Assembly (NCBI RefSeq): GCF_009914755.1
Contig: NC_060936.1
Length of the DNA stretch: 64,000 bases
Origin: the human T2T-CHM13v2.0 reference genome, Homo sapiens
Direction: 5' to 3' (one strand)
The translations under genes and the position numbers were made by a program. Positions 13,155 to 26,848 of this stretch are shown piece after piece. A model generated the notes under the pieces. That model was not told the origin of the DNA and made no database searches. It worked only from the letters and a program-made list of their open reading frames with translations. Numbering within the stretch: the stretch's first letter is position 1; each line of letters starts with the position of its first letter.

Positions 13155-14173
13155 TGTGGTAAATTGCAGAGGAGGATGGCCACAGCCCTTTTTCCCGTAA
13201 TTGTGGGCATGCTCCTTAGCAATGTCACTTTGCCATTCTCCCCATCAAGAAGTGAAGTCTAATGGAATCAACCCAAATGCTCATCAATGACAGACTGGAT
13301 AAAGAAAATGTGGTACATATACACCATGGAATACTATGCAGCCATAAAAAGGAACAAGATCATGTCCTTTGCAGAGACATGGATGGAGCTGGAAGCCATT
13401 ATCCTCAGCAAACTGACACAGGAACAGAAAACCAAACACCACATGTTCTCACTTATAAGTGGGAGCTGAACAATGAGAACACATGGACACAGGAAGAGGA
13501 CAACACACACTGGGGCCTGTCAGGAGGCAGGAGGAGGGAGAGCATCAGGATAAATAGTTAGTTCATGTGGGGCTTAATACCTAGGTGATTTATGGGTTGA
13601 TAGGTGCAGCAGGCCACCTGTGCACACATTTACCTATGTAACAAACCTGCACAGCCTGCACACATATCCCAGAACTTAAAATTAAATTAAATTAAAAATA
13701 AAAAGAAGTGAAGTCTAACAGTCCTTAACTTTCAGCTGCCCTTTAACTTAATTTGACCAGTAAAATGTGGTAGGAATAAGGATAGAGGACTTCTGAGCTT
13801 AGGTTCCAGGAGACTTTATAACTGCTGTTCTCGCCCTTTTGGAACTGTGCTGAAACTGCCAAGTGAGGAGGCCTAATCTAGCCCCTGGAGTATGAGAGAC
13901 CTCATGGAGCAGAAAGCACCCTCTCCACTAAGGCCCAAAGATGAACCAGCTGACAGTCAACACTAACAGTCGGAAACATGAGTAAGGCCATCTTGTACCA
14001 TCTAGTCCCAATGAGTGACTAGATGACTGCAGCTGCATAAATAACTCTAAAAACAGTAGAACTGCCTAAATGAATTCAGCTCATACTGCTAACCAACAGA
14101 ATCATGACAAAATAAATTAATCCAGTAAATTTTGGCATGGTCGGTTATATATCAATAGATAATAACCAAAACA
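13155..14173 (+). mobile_element. MLT1 (G/H-like) LTR, interrupted by an L1PA fragment
   Basis: tgtggtaaattgc...gatggccaca...cccatcaagaagtgaagtcta, resuming after the insert and ending tcaatagataataaccaaaaca. Confidence 0.7.
13263..13702 (+). mobile_element. 5'-truncated L1PA (about PA10-13) 3' end
   Basis: ORF2 C-terminal peptide DWIKKMWYIYTMEYYAAIK plus 3'UTR. Perfect 16-bp TSD AAGAAGTGAAGTCTAA at 13247-13262 and 13703-13718. Confidence 0.92.
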
Positions 14174-14297
14174 ATAAATAATTGATAATACACATGGTTA
14201 TCCAAAGAGAAACAACTATTTTTTTTGCTTTAATAAAATCTAGAAATGTGTTATTTCTTTTCAACCTATGTTGCTATTTAATTGCTGTGTATAATCC

Positions 14298-14515
14298 ATA
14301 GCTAACATTTGTGGAATGTTTTAAAGTTCACAATGTACTTTAATATCTGTTCCTTTGATTCTGACATCCACTCTGTAGGAAGGAAGCAGAGCAGGTATTA
14401 TAATCATTCTCATTACCTAGATGAGGAAATTGAACTCAGGATAGCACGAAACTACACAAAGGCATGTGGCTGCAGAGATCAAGGCCAGGATCACGACCCA
14501 ATGCTCTTTACTTTG
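14298..14515 (-). mobile_element. MIR
   Basis: atagctaacattt...caggtattataatcattctcatt...agatgaggaaattgaactcag (MIR core). Confidence 0.6.
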
Positions 14516-15199
14516 TTCTGTGATGTCTCACAGCCCCCTCTGCCTGGATACAATAATCTCATACCTAATATTGGCAAAATTGGATTAAATATAGGTTTGC
14601 CTTTACCAAAATCCTTGATTCTGAATTTTTAAAAAACCCAGTCTCTAACATTGCTAATGTTCACTTTTCACCATTACTTTTTAAAAAAATTCCATAATCA
14701 CATGCATTTTAAGTAAAATTTAGCTTTGAAGTTTCTGAGTCATTTTCAATTAAAAGATTTTTAGCAATATTTCTTTGATGTTTGGTAATGACTTTGAACC
14801 CTTTTATAAGCCATTTGCACCTTTTATCTTTGAATCATCCAGTCACATCTTTCCAAGGGAACTCAAAATGATATTTCACACTTTTTATATTTGGTTCAAA
14901 ATGCAATGTATTTTTAACCTGAGTATGTTGTTGCTTCTTTCACTGAAGGAATTGCTTTACTGTATCTTTTACAAACTTGTTTTCCCCTAAAAGAGGAAAT
15001 TTACTTCATTTGAATTTTATTGCTACCTGAGGTTACTATAGTCAAAATGACCTTTGGGGGCTTATTTTAGATTCTAATAAAGTGGTAATTTATAAACTGT
15101 GAGAGCACATCATTATAAACACCAATTTTGAGAAATATACATTCATCAGTAAAGGTCCTTGGGCCAACAAAGCACTATTTTTTTTAAATCGTATTACTT

Positions 15200-15578
15200 T
15201 TTTTATTTTAATAAATTATATTTAACTCAATATATCCAAAATATTATTTCAATAAGCAAACAATATAAAACTTATTGATGAAATATTTGCATTTTTATAT
15301 TATCTTTTAAATCTGATGTGTGTTCTTTGCTTATAACATATCTTGATTCAGATGCTAAATCTTCCTCAGAAATAATCTGTATTTCAATTTACAGTTGAAA
15401 AGTAGATTAACACAGCCAAATTGCTCCAGATGTACTTAAAATTTTTCAATAACTAAGTAAAATATCAGTATGTAAATTGATATTAATTAAAATAAAATTT
15501 GAGCCAATTTTTTAGTTACTTTAGTCACATTTTAAGTTCTTAATAGCCACAGGTGGCCAGTATCTACCTTACTGCACC
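15200..15578 (+). mobile_element. Charlie1/MER33-family hAT DNA transposon end fragment
   Basis: tttaactcaatatatccaaaatatta...tagtcacattttaagttcttaatagccacaggtggccagt matches the Charlie1/MER33 terminal region. Confidence 0.7.
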
Positions 15579-16489
15579 TTGGAGACATCAGTTACCATCT
15601 TAAAAATCAGGTTTACTGACTGGATCTTATTACTTTTTAAAAAAGCATTATCACAGCTTAATTTTTTAGTGATACATGTTTAGTGTTCCATTAAAATGGA
15701 AGGTACTGTTTCTTTTATTTATCCAGAATTAGAAAGCACAAGTAACATTGCTTTAACATCTATTTTGTGCCTAGAATGATTCTTGTTACGTTTTCTGTTT
15801 AATCCTTATGACAACTCACTAAATATGTATGTGTTATCCCCAAGTTTGTAAACAAGGAAATTTACACTTAGAAATGCCAATGACTGAACCCACACTCTAT
15901 CAGATACCCTATGTTTGGTATTAAAATGGCTTATATGAACTTATGAAATCAATGAATCTCTAGCTCTTATTTTCCTTATATGTAAGATAACATAACAAGT
16001 TATGCATATTGCATAAATTTATGTGAAAAAAATTCTAACCTATAATATGATATCCATACTGCTGTCATTATTAGATTTTTCTAAAGAATCCATTAGTCAA
16101 AATTATGCTTAATGTGCTTTGGAATAGAACTCTGCTTCCAGTTAGGTGTATAAAACACACGGGAAATGACAAAATTAATACCTATTAGTGAGGCACACAA
16201 TGAAATCTCATGTTGGAGAACCAAGGAAAATGGCTCAGATTTCCTCGGGGCAATCTCTTCCTGCAACCCCCACTCCATATTAAGAAAGAATGTCACAACA
16301 TCAGACAGAGTAATTGATTCCTGTGCTGAGAAGTCTTGCCCTAATTTCTATTAGGAAGTGAGGAGTCAATTAAATAGTTTGAATGAGCTTCATTTATTGA
16401 GATATACAACATGAAAAGAAATCCTATCTTCCATTTAGAATATTCTAAAATGTTGATTAGAATTGGTAGATTATAATAGTTATTAATAA

Positions 16490-16670
16490 TAATTGTTAGT
16501 TCTCTTGTACTTCATTAGAAAAAAAACTTTATGAAACAGGTATTATATGTCTATATTTCTATTTTCCAGTTGTGGAAATTGAAGCAAAAAGACACTGAGT
16601 CTTGTGGTCACACAGATAATAAGTAAGAGTCAACCCTAAATAATCTGATATTACAAGCCTCACTCCAAAC
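16490..16670 (-). mobile_element. MIR fragment (overlaps the donor of the 277-bp duplication)
   Basis: caggtattat...attttccagttgtggaaattgaagc...ggtcacacagataataagt. Confidence 0.55.
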
Positions 16671-16894
16671 TTCTCTGCAATTTGTAAACCCAAGGCCCTT
16701 GTGAGGACATATATGTTGTTATATGTAAAAGATCCTGCAAATCATAATGTATAATACCAATGAAAGCTATCATTTTGCCTAAAAAGTGTGAAAGTCAATA
16801 AACGGTTTTAAAGATATAGGCACAAATTTGCAAACTCTAAGCTACTTGCCCATTGAACCAAAAAGAAGGAGGAGGAGGAGGAGAAGGAAGAGGC
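16618..16894 (+). repeat. 277-bp local duplication, copy 1 (probable donor)
   Basis: 271/277 identical to 18059-18335, no indels. Confidence 0.97.
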
Positions 16895-17394
16895 AGATGG
16901 TGGGGGAAGGGGACACATAAACAAGGAAAAATATAAGAAAAAAAAAGGATGTTGACTTTTAAAATTGTTTTTAGGTATAACGGTCTTTACTTACTTTCCT
17001 TCTTTCCCCTAAGTAGTTGTTAGATATTTAGTAAAACACATTTGTGAGATTAATTGTAGGACTAATTTAGATAGTGCTACTTTGAAGACCACACTTAAGC
17101 ATATACCTAGGAATGACTCCTCTTTCTCATTTTCACTTACTAGACTAGTTTTTTTCTCTATGTGTCCTGTTTTACATGCCTTACTTTTCATAATGTTCAA
17201 CTATCCCCAACTATGTAAAGATCATTTAATCCATGAGTCTGGATTAAATAGCTGTTGGAATTAATAAATGTGTAAATAAGAAAGGAAGCAAATACTGATG
17301 GAGCCACTTCTAAAACTTCATGGTCCAATAAAACCATATTATTCTAGAGGGAAAAGACATTTGAATATTTATTGTAACTCTGAGTGTACAAGAT

Positions 17395-17630
17395 AATGTG
17401 GTGCAAAGTATTTTAGTATTTGAAATAAACAGAATTGGCATCTTTGATTCCACCACCAACCACCTATCTGATCCCAGGTAATTTATTAAACAGTCAACCT
17501 CATCATCTTCATGAGAAAAACAGAGTTAATAAAAACATACCTTTCAGAATTTTGGGGATACATTTAGAAAGATATAAAATATGTCCAACAAAATGGCTTT
17601 TCACATTGCAGGAAATCAATAATTTTTAGT
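17395..17630 (+). mobile_element. MIR
   Basis: Degenerate MIR (aacctcatcatcttcatgagaaaaacagagttaataaaaacatacct...caataatttttag). Confidence 0.5.
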
Positions 17631-18058
17631 CTTTTTTTCCTTCTCGTTATCCGCTTTCCCATCTCTCCCCTTTGTTTCATGTCTAGATCAACTATGTCAG
17701 TGAGAACAAAAAATACTTACGCACTTCTGGGTTTAAATAATGTGAGACTTCTTCATGTGAGACTTAAAAAAAATGGATTAACTGTAAGTCTTCATTTCAT
17801 TGGATGCCCTAAAAGAGCTAAATTGGCTTTTTCTGGTTTTCTGTGGGTCTGTATTTTCATAAAAATTATTAAGATTCATTTGTAAGATACAAATTTAACA
17901 TTTGTACATTACAAAAATTACGGAATTTTAGAATTAGAAGGGATCAGGAGAAAAGAGATGAACAATTCAAACGATCAACAACTTGTGAGTGCTTACTATA
18001 TACTAAGATAGGAGGTTTCTGTCCTTTTGAAGTTTATGTTTCAGTGGGGCAGGTAAAC

Positions 18059-18335
18059 AATAAGTAAGAGTCAACCCTAAATAATCTGATATTACAAGCC
18101 TCATTCCAAACTTCTCTGCAATTTGTAAACCCAAGGCCCTTGTGGGGACATATATGTTGTTATATGTAAAAGATCCTGTAAATCATAATGCATAATACCA
18201 ATGAAAGCTATCATTTTGCCTAAAAACTGTGAAAGTCAATAAAGGGTTTTAAAGATATAGGCACAAATTTGCAAACTCTAAGCTACTTGCCCATTGAACC
18301 AAAAAGAAGGAGGAGGAGGAGGAGAAGGAAGAGGC
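18059..18335 (+). repeat. 277-bp local duplication, copy 2
   Basis: Copy of 16618-16894, offset by 1441 bp, with 6 substitutions. Confidence 0.97.
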
Positions 18336-18626
18336 TGAGTTCTATTCAGCTCTTGTGTCCAAGAAAGGACTGGTATTGATTGAGTGGTGAAGGAAAACCT
18401 ATCCAAGAAAGTTACATTTAAGCAGATACTTAACCACATGAAGAAGTCAGTTGTATGAAGGATGGAAGAATTATGGACAGGAAATTGTAAGAGATTCAGA
18501 GGGAAGAATCTTGGCCTGCTTGAGGAACCACAAGCAGATTACTCAAAAATAGAAATGGAGAAAGTGATAAGACATGAAGTCAGCAAGGTAAGCCGGGACA
18601 CATTGTGTAGGGTCTTGAAGACATGA

Positions 18627-19044
18627 AGATAGTGTTTGGATGTGTGTCTGCACTCAAATCCTATATTGAATGTTATCCCCATTGATGGAGGTGGGACTTG
18701 GTGGAAGGTGATTGGCTCATGGGGGTGAATTTCTTATGAGTAGTTTTGCACCATCCCCCTTGGTACTGTCTTCACAACAGTGAGTGAATTCTAATGAGAT
18801 CTGGTCATTTACAAGTGTGTAGCACCTTCCCCCTCTCAGTCTTGCTCCTGGTTTCATCATGTGATGTGCCTGCTTCCTTTGTGCCTTCTGCCATGGTTGG
18901 AAGTTTCCTGAGTCCTCCCCAGAAGTAGATACTGCTATGCTTTACATACAGCCTGCAGAACCGTGAGCCAATTAAACCTCTTTTTAAAATAAATTACCTA
19001 ATCTCAGGTATTTATTTATAGCAATGCAAGAACAACCTAACACA
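18627..19044 (+). mobile_element. MSTA/MSTB MaLR solo LTR
   Basis: gtttggatgtgtgtc...cagcctgcagaaccgtgagccaattaaacctc...caagaacaacctaacaca. TSD catga/catgg. Confidence 0.85.
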
Positions 19045-20579
19045 CATGGTAAGTAGTTTGAGTTTTACCTTATGTGAAATGGGAAGCTGTTGGAAGACTT
19101 TGAGCATGAGAGTGACAGATATAATTTATAAATTTAAAAGATAACTCTGGATGCCATATGGAAAATAGATGGTCAGTGGGCAAGAACGGAAGCAAGAAGG
19201 CCAGGTAGAAGGTATTGCTGTATTAAAAAATGAACAAAATGGTTATTTGGATTAAGGTGGAAATAAGTAGTCACATTTAGGTAGAGTCAATGGAACTTGG
19301 TTATGGATTGAATTGGGGAGTGAGACACCTCAAGAAACCAACTGTGACTCCTAAAATTTTGGCTTCAGCAAATGGTTGGAAGTTGCTGCCATTTAGTGTG
19401 ATGGGAAAGATTTGAGGAAAAGAAAGTTTGGGGTCAGAAGAATTCAGCTTGAACTTGGTAAGTTAGAGATGATTATAAGACATTCAAAAAACATGTTGTC
19501 AAATAGTCAATCAGATACACAGCTCTTGAGTTTGGGAGAATAGTCAGAGATGGAGATGTAATTTGGTTGGCTGGCATTATGCAGATGGTTTTTAATGCCA
19601 TGGGCCTGAGTGAATTCTTCTAAGGAAGGACTGTAGTTACAGAAGGGGTGAAGGCCAGAAACTGAGAACCAAGGAACTTTAACATTTATCTGTTGGAAAA
19701 GGAGGAATTAGCCAGAGAATTTGAGAAGTATCAAACTACTGAGGTAGAAGGAAACCCAGGCAAGACTAAAAGACAATCAGCAATAATTCAGAGATAATTC
19801 ATGAAAAGTACTGAATACAATTTCAAGAGAATGCCAAGAAAATGACAGTTCATCAGTCTTAAAGGTCAATATTATGATAGAACCAATGCTGAATTTTTAA
19901 TGATTCTGCCAGATTGAGACAGTATGTTCCTGATTAGTATTATTTTATTCCAAAAGCCTAGAAGAAAGCCTGAAATTCTGAAAAGAACTGGTAGAGAGAA
20001 AGAAGGAAAAATATGAAGGGAGAGGTCAGATGGTGGTCCTTTGAAGACCTTGCCTCAAGTATTTCCCTTGTCAGGGCCACTAATTTTCAAAAGGAAATTG
20101 AAGCAAGGAAAAAGGTCATGTAGGTTCCTTTTCCTTGCAGTTGCATATTGAAAGCCCCCCATGCCACTGCCAGTAGCTTCTTCTTGCCACTTCCCAAGTT
20201 ATTCGTCTCCACTCTGGCTCTAGTTCCAAACCAAAATGGGAAGCAGAAACTCTACACAGTAATTTAGGTCATAATCTAACTGCCTAAGTTAGTTGAACTT
20301 TGAAAATATATAATTAGCCCACTGAGGTTCAATTTACTCCATTACTCAAATGACTGATCCCCTTCAAGGGTTTCCGTGTTGTGTAACTGCTACCTATGAA
20401 AGAACAGACATGTGTGGAGCCTTGAAGGAGTGCTTCTGAACATCAAAGTTCCAAGTGGATTGCTTCAGAAAATCGCTGGTGAAATACAATTGTGTAGCAC
20501 TTAGCAATTCTCTTGAAAGGTGAAGAGAATTACACTATGAACTCTGATAAGAATAATTAAGAAGACTTTAGATTGAGCT

Positions 20580-20755
20580 AGACAATGAAAGACAGGCTTT
20601 GCAGTTAGTTAGAGGTTGGTTCAATTTCAAGCTCCATAACTTATTGGTAGTTTGACTTAGGCAAATTGCATGGCATTTGTAAACCTCAGTTTCCTTTTCT
20701 ATAATGGGCTTTATGATAACACTTACCTAAAAGATTGGTGTAAGAACTAGATGAC
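20580..20755 (+). mobile_element. MIR
   Basis: tgacttaggcaaattgc...aacctcagtttccttttctataatggg (MIR core). Confidence 0.65.
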
Positions 20756-20756
20756 T

Positions 20757-20761
<5 letters not shown>

Positions 20762-20794
<33 letters not shown>
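20762..20794. repeat. (TG)16 microsatellite
   Basis: Perfect TG run. Confidence 0.95.
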
Positions 20795-20796
<2 letters not shown>

Positions 20797-21423
20797 AGAA
20801 AGAGAAAGAAGGTACTGAAAGTATCATGATCTATCCTATGTGCTAAGCACAGAAAGTACCTTATGCAAAAGTACCATAAGGCATTAGGAGCTTTCACTAT
20901 GCAACTGTAAGGAAAAGCACCACAGAAAGTACTGTGCCTGGCACATACGATAGGTCATAATACGATATAAATAAGTGATAACCATTTTCCCATAGGAGGT
21001 AGGTAGCATTAACAGGGCTTATCACAAAGAGTGCAATGTGGCCTTAGCATAGTGGGTTTTCTGCTCCTCAGCCTCTTCCAGGTATTCTTCTCTGACTCTC
21101 TCTAGTACCAGATCTAAGCAGGAAGGGCTGGAAATCTGTTATTTTCCCAACTTCCTTAAACACCCTTGCTCCCTTGTCTGTCCTGCTCTGCTTAGCTGTT
21201 TTGTTCTTGCCCTATCCCAAATCATTTTTCAAGTCTTTCTACTTCTTACTGCCTGCTACTCAGCCTGCTCCAGTCAATTCAGCCCCTTCATCACACCCCA
21301 CGTCTCTCTGCTCAGTCCTGCTCAATACTTTTATTTACATTGCCCAACAGCTACCTCATTGCCGAAGCTTTCTCTCCTCCCCTTTGTACAGCCAATTATT
21401 ATTCATCTTAAAAAAATGAGTTT

Positions 21424-21674
21424 AACTAAATGCAATGTGGTGTCCTGAATTGGATCCTGGAGCAGGAAAAAAGGACATTGATGGGAAAACTGGAGAACTC
21501 TCAATAAAGTAATATACCAACATTAGTTTTAATTCTGACAAATGTACCATGGTAATGTAAGATGTTAACATTAGGAGAAAACTAGGTGAGAGGTATACTG
21601 GAACACCAAGAATTATCTTTGCAGCTTTTCTGTAATATTAAAGTTATTCCTAAACAGAAAGGTTATTTAAAAAA
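21424..21674 (+). mobile_element. Old L1 (L1MC/L1ME) 3'UTR fragment
   Basis: aactaaatgcaatgtggtgtcctgaattggatcctgg...tgacaaatgtaccatggtaatgtaagatgttaacattagg. Confidence 0.7.
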
Positions 21675-21684
21675 TGTACACCAC

Positions 21685-21966
<282 letters not shown>

Positions 21967-22130
21967 GGACACGCTATCCTTTCTTGAAGACTTCCTTGTC
22001 TATAACAATCCTCTTTGCCCCTGACTCCTTTCCTTGCATACATTGCTTAACTACCCTGTGCTTTAGTTTCTTCATCTGTAACACAGAAACGGGCATAAGC
22101 CATAATTTAAAAAGGGTCCAGGCAGACGTA

Positions 22131-23415
22131 TAGGTTGGTGCAAATGTAATCGTGGTTTAAGACCGTGAATTTTAAATCATTATAACTAGGCTCAAATATA
22201 TCTTTAGTAGTCAAAATAGAAACCATTGCAATCAATACATTTTTGCCAATGAGAAATAAGTTTGTTTATTCCTGTAGCATAAAAAGCCATGCTTCAGGAT
22301 TTGACGAACTCTTGGAAAGCATTTTCTGCATCCTGCTTGTTGTGGAAGTGTTTTCCCTGCAAAAGGCTATTGAGATGCTTGAAGAAGTAGTAGTTGATTG
22401 GCAACAGGTCAGGTGAATGTGGTGGATGAGGCAAAATTTTGTAGCTCAATTCGTTTAACTTTTGAAACATTGGTTGTGCAACATGTGGTCTTTGCCTTGG
22501 AGAAGAAATGAACCCTTTCTGTTGACCAATGCTCTCTGCAGGGCGTTGCAGTTTTCGGTGCATCTCATCAATTTGCTGAGCATAATTCTCAGATGTAATG
22601 GTTTTGCCAGTATTCAGAAAGCCATAGTGGATCAGACCAGCAGCAGACCGCCAACAGTGACCATGACTTTTTTTGGTGCAAGTTTGGCTTTGGGAAGTGC
22701 TTTGGAGCTTCCTCTTGGGGCACCCACTGAAATGGTTGTCGCCGGTTGTCATATAAAATCCACTTTTCATTGCACGTCACAATCTGATTGAGAAATGGTT
22801 TGTTCTTGTTGCACACAACAAGAGAAGGCGACACTTCAAAAAGACGATTTTTTTGATTTTTCACTCAGCTCCTGAGGCACCCACTTACTGGGCATTTTCA
22901 CCTTTCCAATTTGCTACAAATGCCAAATGAACGTAGAATGGTCTGCTTTGAGTTCTTTGGCAACTTCTGTAATTGTAAAAAAAAATCAGCTTCCATGACT
23001 GCTCTCAATTTGTCGTTGTCAGCTTCTGATGGCTGACCACTGTGCTCTTCATATTCAAGGCTCTTGTCTCCTTTGCAAAACTTCTTGAACCACCAATGAA
23101 CTGTATTTTCATTAGTGGTTCTGGGTCAAATGTGCTGTTGATGTTGCGAGTTGTCTCGCTGCTTTACGGCCCATTTTGAATTTGAAAAAGAAAATCACTC
23201 AAATTTGCTTTTAATTCTAACATCATTTCCTTTCCATAGTCTAAAATAAACATAAAATAAACACCAAGTAGTAAGTTATTAGCAAAAAGAAATAAAGTGA
23301 GAAGTGCCCATTAATATGATCTATAACATAACCACATGTAGTTAAGAAGTTATTCCAATATCAAATGGAAAATTCCAACAATGCAAAAATCTCAATTACT
23401 TTTGCACTCACCTAA
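22131..23415 (-). mobile_element. Full-length Hsmar1 mariner DNA transposon (about 1285 bp)
   Basis: TIRs taggttggtgcaaatgtaatcgtggttt and aaaatctcaattacttttgcactcacctaa, TA flanks at 22129-22130 and 23416-23417, and internal transposase homology. Confidence 0.95.
22204..23237 (-). pseudogene. Hsmar1 transposase pseudogene (SETMAR C-terminal domain family)
   Basis: Peptides NQKNRLFEVS, IVTCNEKWILYDNRR, EEAPKHFPKPNLHQKK, AAGLIHY, LPHPPHSPDLLPINY and QDAENAFQEFV lie in shifting frames, with frameshifts and stops. Confidence 0.93.
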
Positions 23416-23422
23416 TATTATA

Positions 23423-23424
<2 letters not shown>

Positions 23425-23454
<30 letters not shown>
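23425..23454. repeat. (GT)15 microsatellite
   Basis: Perfect GT run next to the Hsmar1 end. Confidence 0.95.
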
Positions 23455-23457
<3 letters not shown>

Positions 23458-23859
23458 TTTATGTGGGTAGAGTAACCTAGGGAGCTACTAAATAGCAGAG
23501 CTGGAATTTTCACTTAGGCTGTCTACTTTGAGTCTTTCCTCTTAATCATTAATTTATATCACCTGTGGAAACATTATGTAACTTACGTTGTAGGCCTTTG
23601 TATAGCATGCATGAAAAACAACCATAAGGGCAAACAGCTGGGGTCGTCTCTGAGCTATGGTATTACAAGTAATGTTCATTGTTTTATTTTCCTTTTCTTT
23701 GTTTTACTAATGTTCTACAACAAACATATTCCTTGTGCCGAGGAGCAAATAATTATACACAGCAAACTCATTAGAGTGGTTGCCTCTGAAGAGCGACAAA
23801 AATCGGACTCAAGGTAAGACTTGAAGAGGATTCTCATTATTTCTTAAAAATAAAAAGCA

Positions 23860-24220
<361 letters not shown>

Positions 24221-25029
24221 CTATGGACTGAGCAAAATTTAGGGGACATAAGTAAAAAACAGGATTTTGGGTGTCATCCATTTATATTATTTAATTTTTT
24301 AAAAAATAAAGTAAAAATAATCTAATTGTTAACTATTAACACAGTAAATGATTTTAGTACTGGTTTGGAAACATCACATTATTTAAAAAATATATTATCT
24401 CAGTGCCTGTGTGTTGCTGACAGCCTTCACAAACATTTTTTCTACCTAATAGGTAATTTGGCTATGCCAAAATTGCTTCTTCTACACATGTTCTAGCTGC
24501 AAGAGGGTAGCTTTCTATGTGAGAATATGTCTTTATCAGGTTTCTCAACTGCTAAAGCATATGGTGTGTAATAAAAAGGCAACATGAAATAACTGTATTA
24601 CAATATCTCTTTAGGAGTAAAATCTTGAAGTTGCCCAAAACCATTCAAAAACTTTACGTAAGAAAGTGCTATGTATGAAAGTCACCTAAATATTCTGTGA
24701 TCTACTCCAGAATTAAATCTGCCCTTATATTGACTCCAAGAGAAGTGTCTATAGTCACTTCCCCTTTAGAATGAAGTAATTGGTTATATCGAGGGATGTT
24801 ATAAGAAGCAACTCAGCACTGCCAGTATTGTAAGGATATTTTTGAGGGTGTTTATTGTTATAATCCATATGCAGACCTAGAGGAGAAGTTCTACTCTGAC
24901 CTTTTCACCAGAATATTTCTTGAACAACAGTTTTATTTTTCACCTTATGAACACCGTGAATTCTGTACTTGGTTGTGCATTCTTTTCTTGTCTGGCTATT
25001 AAAAAAATTTTAGGGTCAAATGTATGGCC

Positions 25030-26008
25030 TAAAAAAGAATTGGAAGAATATCTGCATGACATTAACACTGGCAAAAATGTCTTAACCAGGACACAAAAAG
25101 CACTAGACTTCAAAGAAAAGATTGATAAATTGGACCTCATTAAAATTAAACTTTCTGTTTTCAGAAAATATTATTATGATAATGGAAAGACAAGCCATAA
25201 TTGGAAGAAGATGTTTCTAAGATATACATCTAACAAGCAACCCAAGTTAAACTGGACAAAAGACTCAAAAAAAATTCACAAAGGAAAATATCAAAATGGC
25301 CACTAAAGATGTGAAGGCATACTCATCATTTGTTATCAGAGAAATGTGAATTAAAAGCACAATAAGATACCACAACCCGCCCATGAAAATGGCTAACATT
25401 AAGATTGGAAACACAAAGTCATGATGAAGATATGAGCAATGGGAACTCTTTTATATTGCTGATAGAAGTATAAATCCATATAACAACTTCTGAAAATTAC
25501 TTGGCAGGACCTACTAATCTAAAATATTATGCAATAATTCCACTCCTGGGAATATACCCAACAAAAACAAGTGGTTTTATTCACATGTACATGTACAAAA
25601 ATATTCATAATACCTTTTTTTGTAGTAGGCCAAAACTTGAAACAACCAAATGTTCAACAGCAGTAGAATGTATAAATTAATTGTCATACGTTCATATAAC
25701 AAAATTCTAAACAAAAGTGAGAGAAAAATGAATCTCACAGACATTCTGTTGAGCAAAAGCAGTCAGACACAAACTGTATAATGCCATTTATATGAAGTTC
25801 AAAAATAAGCAAAACTAACATATGATAAAAGTCAGAATAGTGGTTACCTTTAGAGGAAAAATAAAGATGACATCAGGCTGATGAGAATGCTCTGTAATTT
25901 GATCAGGGTGGTTATACACATATTTATGTGAGAAAAGTCATTGGGCTGTACATTTAAGGTTTGTGCACTTATGTAAGCTATGCTGCTTTATATTTTAAAA
26001 AAAGAAAT
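25030..26008 (+). mobile_element. Old L1 (L1ME-like) ORF2 end and 3'UTR
   Basis: KIDKLDLIKIK-like peptide; gcaataattccactcctgggaatataccca; aagtcagaatagtggttacc. Confidence 0.75.
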
Positions 26009-26848
26009 AATGTATGGCTTTTCTCTTGGGGCATTTATATGGCTACATGACATGTGTTTGGTATAATGACCTAACATTCTAGCTCCATTAGGCCTTATTT
26101 TCCTTTTCATCTTCTCTCTTACTTATTTTTAATCATTTTATTTTGCTATTATTTGCATAATAGCATCTTCCTGAGCCATCTCAAGTCCTAGTTAGAACAA
26201 TTTATAAATAAGTACAAAAATATCTGAATAAAAGTTCAGGTGTTTATAAATTGGACATCAGAAGACTTTGAATCACGAGACTCAGATTTCCTTTCTCATT
26301 CTGACTACACTAAGAGTACAATTTATGGAGAAATTACTTAAGATAGTATCTACTTGACATGGTTGTTAAAGGAATTGAAACAGCATAGCTAAAAGTATTT
26401 TTCAAATTGGGGAGTGATGTAAAAATTACATTTAAAAACATCTAATATTAATCTAGGAACACAATCTCCAATTAAACAATAAAACTTTTAAAAAGTATAT
26501 TTTTCAGAAGAAAAAAAACTGGTTCAAGGCTATAATTTGTCTTTCCTAAGATTATTTGTAATTGTTTTAAAACATACTTGGTATCTATGTTCAAATTCTG
26601 TCCAGGTGAGCACCAACATGAGTTTATATGCTTGAGAAATGTCTGGTACACCCAGGATCAACTTATGTGAAGCTATCAAAGGAGAGGATCTATATGCCTG
26701 TCCAAAATTATTCCAGTCATGCAAAATATTTTGTTATTGAGACATAAATCTATGATATACTAAGAATCAAGTTAAGTTTGTGAATTAAATTCAGTAAAAT
26801 AAAATTTATGTTAGCCACTGTTTAGATTGGAAAATTAAAGAGAGAACA

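Larger units (their letters stand above)
17970..19760 (-). mobile_element. L2 fragment, interrupted by the duplicated segment and an MST LTR
   Basis: Antisense L2 motifs: gagtgcttactat, gggaagctgttggaagactttgagca, ggaagcaagaaggccaggtagaagg, ttttggcttcagcaaatgg. Confidence 0.7.

Noticed and set aside
22294-22864. Longest ORFs (158 aa and 91 aa, minus) as an active transposase or the SETMAR gene
   Set aside because: They are frameshifted Hsmar1 fragments with a mutated DDD triad, intact TIR context and no SET-domain exons.
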